Of a stretch of DNA of 35,486 bases, positions 30,068 through 35,486 are shown piece after piece. Made by a program: the position numbers and the translations under genes. The stretch spans positions 1-35,486 of the forward strand of contig CAYHJR010000001.1 of the NCBI GenBank assembly GCA_964357075.1, read 5' to 3'. The notes below the pieces were generated by a model. The model saw nothing but the letters and a program-made list of their open reading frames with translations. It had not been told where the DNA came from and searched no databases. Origin of the DNA: an uncultured Candidatus Saccharibacteria bacterium. Its GTDB lineage: Bacteria > Patescibacteriota > Minisyncoccia > Phycocordibacterales > JAKFXT01. The number at the start of each line of letters is the position of its first letter. The stretch's first letter is position 1.

Positions 30068-30994
30068 CTATTTCAGCACTTCAATACCGCTCACAATTTC
30101 CGACATCTCTCTCGTGATAATGCCTTGCCTTTCCTTGTTATAGTCCCGAGTCAAATTTTTTACTACATCGCGAGCCTTGTCTCCGGCGCTTTTCATCGCC
30201 ACCATTCTGGCCGAATGTTCCGAGGCCTTTGATTCCAAAGCCGCGTAAAAAATTATAGTTTCGGCCAGAAATTCCAATAAATTATCCAAAACGGTTTCCG
30301 CGTCCGGCTCATAGGTGTAAGCGACTTTTTTTTCTTTTGGTCCGCGATAAAAAAGGGAGGCATATTTGCCCTTGCGCGGCCGTACGCTTAAAAGCACCTC
30401 CTCAATCTCTTTCGGGACTAAAGGGAAAATTTGGTGAGAGGTTGCTTCCTGGGCAAAAGTAGAAATAAAATTGCTATAAACAATATAAACCTTGTCAAAT
30501 CGTCCTTCCCGAAAATTCTTTTCCGCTTCGTGTCTTAGGTGGACAACGTCGAAAAGCGAAATCTTGTCATCAAACGATTTTTGAGAAAAAATTGTTTCAT
30601 ATTTGCGGCGCGCCACAAATTCGGTTGCCTTGCGGCCGATAGTGATAAATGAGGCTTTGCCTTCCAACTTTTTCTCTTTAATTAGGCGCGACAAAAGCCG
30701 AAGTACGGCGCTGTTTAAACTTCCGGCCAGTCCTCTGTCGCTGGTTATAACTATAAAAAGCGCTCTTTTTATGTCGCTGCCATTTTTTTCTCCAATCAAT
30801 GGATGCTTTGTAAATTCGTGCTGGGAAATAATGCGCTTTAAAATTTTGAAGGCGGAAAAAGCATAAGGTCTTGCCGAAAGCGCCCATTCCTGGGCCTTGC
30901 GCATTTTGGCGGCCGAAACCGCTTCCATGGCTTTTGTGACCTGTTCGGTTTTTTTGACAGCCCGTATTTTTGCTTTGACTTGTTTTAATGACAT
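30068..30994 (-). CDS. atpG: F1 ATP synthase subunit gamma
   Basis: MSLKQVKAKIRAVKKTEQVTKAMEAVSAAKMRKAQ, and a C-terminal ERQGIITREMSEIVSG. Confidence 0.93.
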   Translation of the reverse strand: MSLKQVKAKIRAVKKTEQVTKAMEAVSAAKMRKAQEWALSARPYAFSAFKILKRIISQHEFTKHPLIGEKNGSDIKRALFIVITSDRGLAGSLNSAVLRLLSRLIKEKKLEGKASFITIGRKATEFVARRKYETIFSQKSFDDKISLFDVVHLRHEAEKNFREGRFDKVYIVYSNFISTFAQEATSHQIFPLVPKEIEEVLLSVRPRKGKYASLFYRGPKEKKVAYTYEPDAETVLDNLLEFLAETIIFYAALESKASEHSARMVAMKSAGDKARDVVKNLTRDYNKERQGIITREMSEIVSGIEVLK

Positions 30995-31002
30995 ATTGGG
31001 TA

Positions 31003-31037
31003 GAGTTATGAGTTAAGAGTTATGAGTTACGATTTAA
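31003..31037. repeat. heptamer array (GAGTTAN) x5; on the coding strand this is UAA every 7 nt
   Basis: Coding strand: tTAAatc gTAActc aTAActc tTAActc aTAActc. The first TAA is the atpA stop. The array ends 8 nt before the atpG ATG. Confidence 0.9.
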
Positions 31038-32575
31038 GAAAAGAAGGTGAATAGAGTAGATTTTAATTTTTCTTCCGTTTCGGATGTGAGATCGCGAGTT
31101 TGGCGAATTGAATTCAAAACTTCTCTCCCTTTCGTCTCAAGATGCAATTGCAAATTTTTTTCGGTTTCTTTCACCTTTTCAATCGGTGTCTCATCGAAAT
31201 AACCGTTCACTCCGGCGTAAATCACGGCGACTTCGATCTCAAATGGCAAAGGTTCCAGTTTGTATTGAGTCAAGAGTTCGGATAAACGGCGCCCTTTATC
31301 AATCCGCTCTTTGGTCTCCTGGTCCAAATCTTGCGAGAATTGCATAAAGGCCTCCAATTCGCGGAACTGCGCCAATTCCAAACGAATTTTGGCTGCCACC
31401 TTTTTCATGGCTTTGGTTTGAGCGGCGCTACCGACGCGGGTCACGGAAATTCCGACATTAATGGCCGGTTTCATTCCTTTATTGAACAAATCCATATCAA
31501 GATAAATCTGTCCATCGGTAATTGAAATAACATTCGTCGGAATATAAGCCGAAACATCTCCCTCTTGCGTTTCAATAATTGGAAGTGCCGTCAAGGACCC
31601 TCCGCCTTTTTCTTTGGAAAGTTTGGCGGCTCGCTCCAAAAGGCGCGAGTGCAAATAAAACACATCTCCCGGATACGCCTCGCGCCCCGGCGGGCGTCTC
31701 AAAATTAAAGCCAATTGGCGATAAGCCACGGCCTGTTTTGACAAATCATCGTAAACAACAAGCGCGTCTTTCCCTTTCTCCATAAAATATTCACCGAGTG
31801 CGGCTCCCGCGTACGGCGCCAAAAACTGAAGCGCCGAGGGCGCGCTGGCCCCGGCGGAAATCACTATAGTGTATGAAAGGGCCCCCTTTTCTTCCAATTC
31901 TTTTACCAAACGAGCGGTTTTTGATTCTTTTTGACCTATCGCCACATAAATGCAAATCGGGCGATTACTCTCTTCCTCGTTTTTTTGATTAATTATGGCG
32001 TCAATCGTTAAAGCCGTTTTGCCGGACCCGCGGTCGCCAATTATTAATTCCCTTTGACCGCGTCCAATCGGCACCATGCCATCAATCGCTTTGAGTCCTG
32101 TGTGTAGCGGAGTGTTAACCCCTTGGCGGTCAATCACGCCATAGGCCTCTCTTTCTATTGGGTACACCGCGCTTTCCTTAATGGCGCCCTTTCCGTCCAA
32201 AGGTTCCCCCAAAGGGTCAATTACTCTTCCCAAAAATCCTTCGCCAACCGGAATAGAGAGCACTTTATGCATTCTTTCCACTTTCATCCCCTCTTTGACA
32301 CGACTGGTATCTCCCAAGATGATTACGCGGACACTTCCTTCTTCCAAGTTCAAAACCATGCCGTAAAGCGAACTTTTATTTTGCAAAGTTTCCTTCAATG
32401 ATTTTTCATCGTTTTCCAAAAACATTATCATTTCCGACATAATGGCGTTGTTCAAACCTTCAATTTCCGCCACGCCATCACCAACGGTTAAAACCACGCC
32501 GGTTTCTGATTCTTTGGCGCTCGGCGTGAATTTTTCGATTCTCTGTATTATTTTTTCAATCAGTTTTTCATCCAT
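31034..32575 (-). CDS. atpA: F1 ATP synthase subunit alpha
   Basis: Walker A GDRGSGKT, plus AYPGDVFYLHSRLLERA. Confidence 0.98.
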   Translation of the reverse strand: MDEKLIEKIIQRIEKFTPSAKESETGVVLTVGDGVAEIEGLNNAIMSEMIMFLENDEKSLKETLQNKSSLYGMVLNLEEGSVRVIILGDTSRVKEGMKVERMHKVLSIPVGEGFLGRVIDPLGEPLDGKGAIKESAVYPIEREAYGVIDRQGVNTPLHTGLKAIDGMVPIGRGQRELIIGDRGSGKTALTIDAIINQKNEEESNRPICIYVAIGQKESKTARLVKELEEKGALSYTIVISAGASAPSALQFLAPYAGAALGEYFMEKGKDALVVYDDLSKQAVAYRQLALILRRPPGREAYPGDVFYLHSRLLERAAKLSKEKGGGSLTALPIIETQEGDVSAYIPTNVISITDGQIYLDMDLFNKGMKPAINVGISVTRVGSAAQTKAMKKVAAKIRLELAQFRELEAFMQFSQDLDQETKERIDKGRRLSELLTQYKLEPLPFEIEVAVIYAGVNGYFDETPIEKVKETEKNLQLHLETKGREVLNSIRQTRDLTSETEEKLKSTLFTFFS

Positions 32576-32586
32576 CCCGTTAAAAA

Positions 32587-32967
32587 TTATGGTTTGATAA
32601 CATGATAAAGTTCCAGCAATTGATTTTTATGCGTCTTGTCCACTCTTTTTTCTGTTGTGTCTATTCTATATCCGCTTATTAAATTTTCATCGATTTTATA
32701 TAAAATATTTCTTCCGCTTATAAAAGTGCCATAATTTGATTCAATATTTGATTTTATTTTTTGTGATAATTCTTTGCCACTTATGACGACCGCATTGTTA
32801 TACCCCTTGATTCTTAATGATTTTAAATCGGATATGATTTTTTTCCAGATTTTTCTCTCGCCTCGCTTTTCAAAGTAACTATTGAGATTTAAAACAAAAG
32901 ATTCTAGAGATTTCTCCGATTCCCCCGCCTTTTTTATTAGAATTTCAACGATTTGCTTTGTGGTCAT
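32587..32967 (-). CDS. atpH: F1 ATP synthase subunit delta (OSCP), short form
   Basis: Sits between atpF and atpA. The C-terminal ...KIDENLISGYRIDTTEKRVDKTHKNQLLEL matches the delta C-terminal pattern. Only 126 aa. Confidence 0.7.
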   Translation of the reverse strand: MTTKQIVEILIKKAGESEKSLESFVLNLNSYFEKRGERKIWKKIISDLKSLRIKGYNNAVVISGKELSQKIKSNIESNYGTFISGRNILYKIDENLISGYRIDTTEKRVDKTHKNQLLELYHVIKP

Positions 32968-32975
32968 ATACGCGC

Positions 32976-33422
32976 TTAATGTTTTTCTCGCAATATTTTT
33001 TCTGCCGCCAGAGTTGCCATTCGCGCAATCGATTCTTTTGACCTCAAAATAGCTTCCTCTTCCAGACGCTTGCCAAGTTCCACAGCTTCCTTCAGCAATT
33101 TCTCTTTTTCCTTTTCCGCGTCCATTAGTGCTCTTTCTTTCATTTTAATCGCCTCCGTTTTTGAAGAAGACAAGAATTCCCGGGCTTCTGCTTTGGCCTT
33201 ATCATGTATTTCTTTACCGTCAATCTCCGCTTTTTCCAAACTTTCTTTGGCGGACCTTGCGTCTTCTACTCCTTTTTCCATCAAACCCTTTCTCTCATCT
33301 ATAATTTTTAAAAGCGGCTTGTAAAGAAAACGTTGCAAAACAAAAAGCAAAATGCAGAAGTTTATTATCTGCACCAAAAGGAGCTTCCATTCAATGCCAA
33401 ATACTGATGAGATCTCTTGCAT
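32976..33422 (-). CDS. atpF: Fo ATP synthase subunit b
   Basis: One N-terminal TM helix, then a long charged coiled coil. Operon position supports the call. Confidence 0.85.
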   Translation of the reverse strand: MQEISSVFGIEWKLLLVQIINFCILLFVLQRFLYKPLLKIIDERKGLMEKGVEDARSAKESLEKAEIDGKEIHDKAKAEAREFLSSSKTEAIKMKERALMDAEKEKEKLLKEAVELGKRLEEEAILRSKESIARMATLAAEKILREKH

Positions 33423-33462
33423 GATTGATTTTTAAGGAGTGCTAACGACTATAAAAATCATC

Positions 33463-33540
33463 ACCCCTCACTTGCTATATTTTTATTATTTATTACTAAA
33501 ATACATTTAGGTGATTTATTGCTACTGGCAAGTGAGGGGT
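33463..33540. repeat. 13-bp perfect inverted repeat pair ACCCCTCACTTGC / GCAAGTGAGGGGT with a 52-nt AT-rich spacer
   Basis: Read directly. Lies in the unusually long (241 nt) atpE-atpF spacer. The arms are related to those at 35325-35419. Confidence 0.9.
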
Positions 33541-33663
33541 TAAGTAAATTATAGTCCCGAGCACCTTTTTTCATTAAATCCTTTATTTCATCCAATTCTT
33601 TTTGTATTGGTTATATTAATCAACGAAGACCCTTACATGACAAGGTGCTTGGTCCTTAATTTA

Positions 33664-33938
<275 letters not shown>

Positions 33939-33960
33939 TCGACTTTTTTCTTCTTTTCCT

Positions 33961-33999
33961 CTGTCCTGAAAGCTGGCAGCTAGAACCTGTAAGCTGTCC
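33961..33999. repeat. heptamer array (NNARSCT) x5
   Basis: ctgtcct gaaagct ggcagct agaacct gtaagct gtcc. It abuts the atpB stop (33999-34001). Confidence 0.85.
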
Positions 34000-34745
34000 T
34001 AATAATGCTCCGCCACCGCTACTTTGATAAAAAACAGGGTGAGCAAAGCAAATACCGCCGCTTGAATCAAGGCAACAAAAACCTCAAACATCATCATCGG
34101 AACCGGCAATATCACCGGCACAAAGAAAATGATAATGGCTATTACCACTTCTCCGGCAAAGATATTACCAAACAATCGGAAAGAAAACGAGATAAGGCGG
34201 GCGAGCTCGGAGAAGAGGTCAATTATGCCGACGGCAAACGAGAGAACGGATTTGAAGTTAAAAAATTTTCCAAGATAATGAAAAATTCCAAGTTGTTTTA
34301 TTCCGGCAAATTCAATTACCAGAAATGAAATTATGGCCAAGGCCAGCGTCACATTAAGGTCGGTGTTGGCCGAGCGAAAGAGGGGCTCAAATGCTTCTTT
34401 GCCGTCATGTATTGTATGAAATCCGATACTCCCCACCCCGGGAATAAATTGAATTATGTTTGAGATTAAAACAAAAAGAAAAATTGTAATGATTAAAGGA
34501 AAATATTTGCGCGCTAAATCTTCGCTTTCCAGTGTTGAGGCGGTGTATGAGTATATTCCGCCAACGGCAATTTCTCCGACTGTTTGCAAACGTCCGGGCA
34601 ATATTTGAATGTTTTTGAAAATAAAAAAAGCAAACGAAACCAACAACAAGGTCGCGATAAACGACATTAAAAACGTATTGGTAATAGGAAATCCGGCGAT
34701 TTCGCCGACTCTCTCCGCCGCTAAATTAATGTGAATACCATTCAT
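33999..34745 (-). CDS. atpB: Fo ATP synthase subunit a
   Basis: Multi-TM protein with the conserved SFSFRLFGNIFAGE (essential Arg) region. Confidence 0.93.
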   Translation of the reverse strand: MNGIHINLAAERVGEIAGFPITNTFLMSFIATLLLVSFAFFIFKNIQILPGRLQTVGEIAVGGIYSYTASTLESEDLARKYFPLIITIFLFVLISNIIQFIPGVGSIGFHTIHDGKEAFEPLFRSANTDLNVTLALAIISFLVIEFAGIKQLGIFHYLGKFFNFKSVLSFAVGIIDLFSELARLISFSFRLFGNIFAGEVVIAIIIFFVPVILPVPMMMFEVFVALIQAAVFALLTLFFIKVAVAEHY

Positions 34746-35083
34746 CCCATTAGAAAGTCGCTCGCGATAGGAAACGCGAACACCTTTGAATTACTGTTAA
34801 ACTTGATTTCTCGGTCATATGTCTTTTTGTCTTTTTCCGTCGTAGCGACTTCTAACGGGATAAATACACAAAACGCCCTGAAATGGGCATAGTGAGTATA
34901 GCAAAAAATCTTCTTTTGCGCCAAGCAAAGCAAGTACCCTCATAGGACGGCCCTATGGAGTTTAGGAGATTTGACTTCTGGATTTGTGCAATCTGACAAG
35001 CCTTTATCGACTTCAGTATGTCTTTAACGTTCTTCTTTCAATCATTTTACCACTAGCATAATTTACTACTAACATAATATATA

Positions 35084-35126
35084 AATAGTGAAAATACCTA
35101 CGATCGTTGGTATTTTCACTATTTTT
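35084..35126. terminator. 15-bp perfect hairpin with flanking T-runs (possible bidirectional terminator/insulator)
   Basis: AATAGTGAAAATACC-tacgatcgtt-GGTATTTTCACTATT followed by TTTAAAAATTTTT on the plus strand. Confidence 0.45.
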
Positions 35127-35324
35127 AAAAATTTTTAAAATTGGACATACAGACATGATGAAAGGGGGGCGGGAAGAAAGAAAATAAAGTGGAAAAGCAG
35201 AGATGTCTGTGGGATTTGAAACAAAGGTATTTTTGAGATATCCTTCCCTAAAAGCTAATAGCATCCACCAGAGGACGGATCAGTCCTTTGGCTGGGAAAG
35301 CTAGAAGCTTATTATGCGCCAATA

Positions 35325-35419
35325 GCCCCTCACATGCTTAAAATATTAAATCCTAGTTTTGTGGGGTGAAGTTGTTGGTCGAAAATTTACATGTAGCCAA
35401 AATACTGCATGTGAGGGGC
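35325..35419. repeat. 13-bp perfect inverted repeat pair GCCCCTCACATGC / GCATGTGAGGGGC with a 69-nt spacer
   Basis: Read directly. The right arm overlaps the first four nucleotides of tRNA-Ala. Confidence 0.9.
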
Positions 35420-35486
35420 CTATAGTAAAATGGTATTACGGATCCATGGCATGGATCAGGTCCGGGTCCGATTCCCGGTAGGTCCA
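35416..35486 (+). tRNA. tRNA-Ala (anticodon GGC), complete to the discriminator base at the window edge
   Basis: Manual cloverleaf: acceptor GGGCCTA/TAGGTCC with G3-U70, U8, D arm GTAA-AATGGTA-TTAC, anticodon arm GATCC-AT GGC AT-GGATC, variable AGGT, T arm CCGGG-TCCGATT-CCCGG, discriminator A. Oddity: T-loop position 55 is C instead of U. Confidence 0.75.

Noticed and set aside
34742-34933. A 63-aa ORF overlapping the atpB start (ATGA), considered as an AtpI/AtpZ candidate.
   Set aside because: The sequence is not membrane-like (MLCLAQKKIFCYTHYAHFRAF...TTEKDKKTYDREIKF...) and the DNA is full of inverted repeats. It is kept only as a remark in the findings.
35013-35264. An 83-aa minus-strand ORF upstream of the atp operon.
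   Set aside because: It spans the 15-bp terminator-like hairpin and a pyrimidine-rich low-complexity tract. It has no start context and no recognisable domain.

Overview
This 35.5 kb window is AT-rich and compact. Every protein gene I can support lies on the minus strand. From gene content and reduced protein architectures it looks like a small-genome, CPR/Patescibacteria-like bacterium; that placement is inference only. In transcription order (right to left) it carries:
- A complete F1Fo ATP synthase operon (atpB-E-F-H-A-G-D-C).
- A few small accessory genes.
- A hicBA toxin-antitoxin pair fused onto ychF.
- leuS.
- A sigma-region-4/HARE-HTH protein.
- mltG and mnmA.
- A tight four-gene block: ATP-cone-nuclease, MgtC, PD-(D/E)XK nuclease, MGMT.
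- alaS.
- An FtsA/PilM-like protein plus a membrane partner.
- The ribosomal/RNAP cluster infA-rpmJ-rpsM-rpsK-rpsD-rpoA-rplQ-rplM-rpsI.
- grpE-dnaK-(RNA candidate)-dnaJ.
- A membrane protein, plsC, and a truncated secreted protein.

A tRNA-Ala(GGC) on the plus strand ends at the right edge.

Things that ordinary annotation would not explain:
1. An intact Nudix hydrolase domain is inserted inside LeuRS.
2. Degenerate tandem heptanucleotide arrays fill many intergenic spacers. Three of them start exactly at a gene's stop codon and supply five stop triplets at 7-nt spacing. The same kind of array also occurs in frame inside dnaK, leuS and mnmA.
3. Perfect palindromic or hairpin segments sit in frame inside mnmA and leuS.
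4. A conserved ACGAAT-rich leader element abuts the ATG of four genes.
5. Two GC-rich candidate RNA loci are bounded by promoter and terminator signals (dnaK-dnaJ spacer and leuS-ychF spacer).
6. A decayed duplicate of the ychF 5' end lies upstream of hicBA.

No CRISPR array, rRNA or recognisable transposase was seen.
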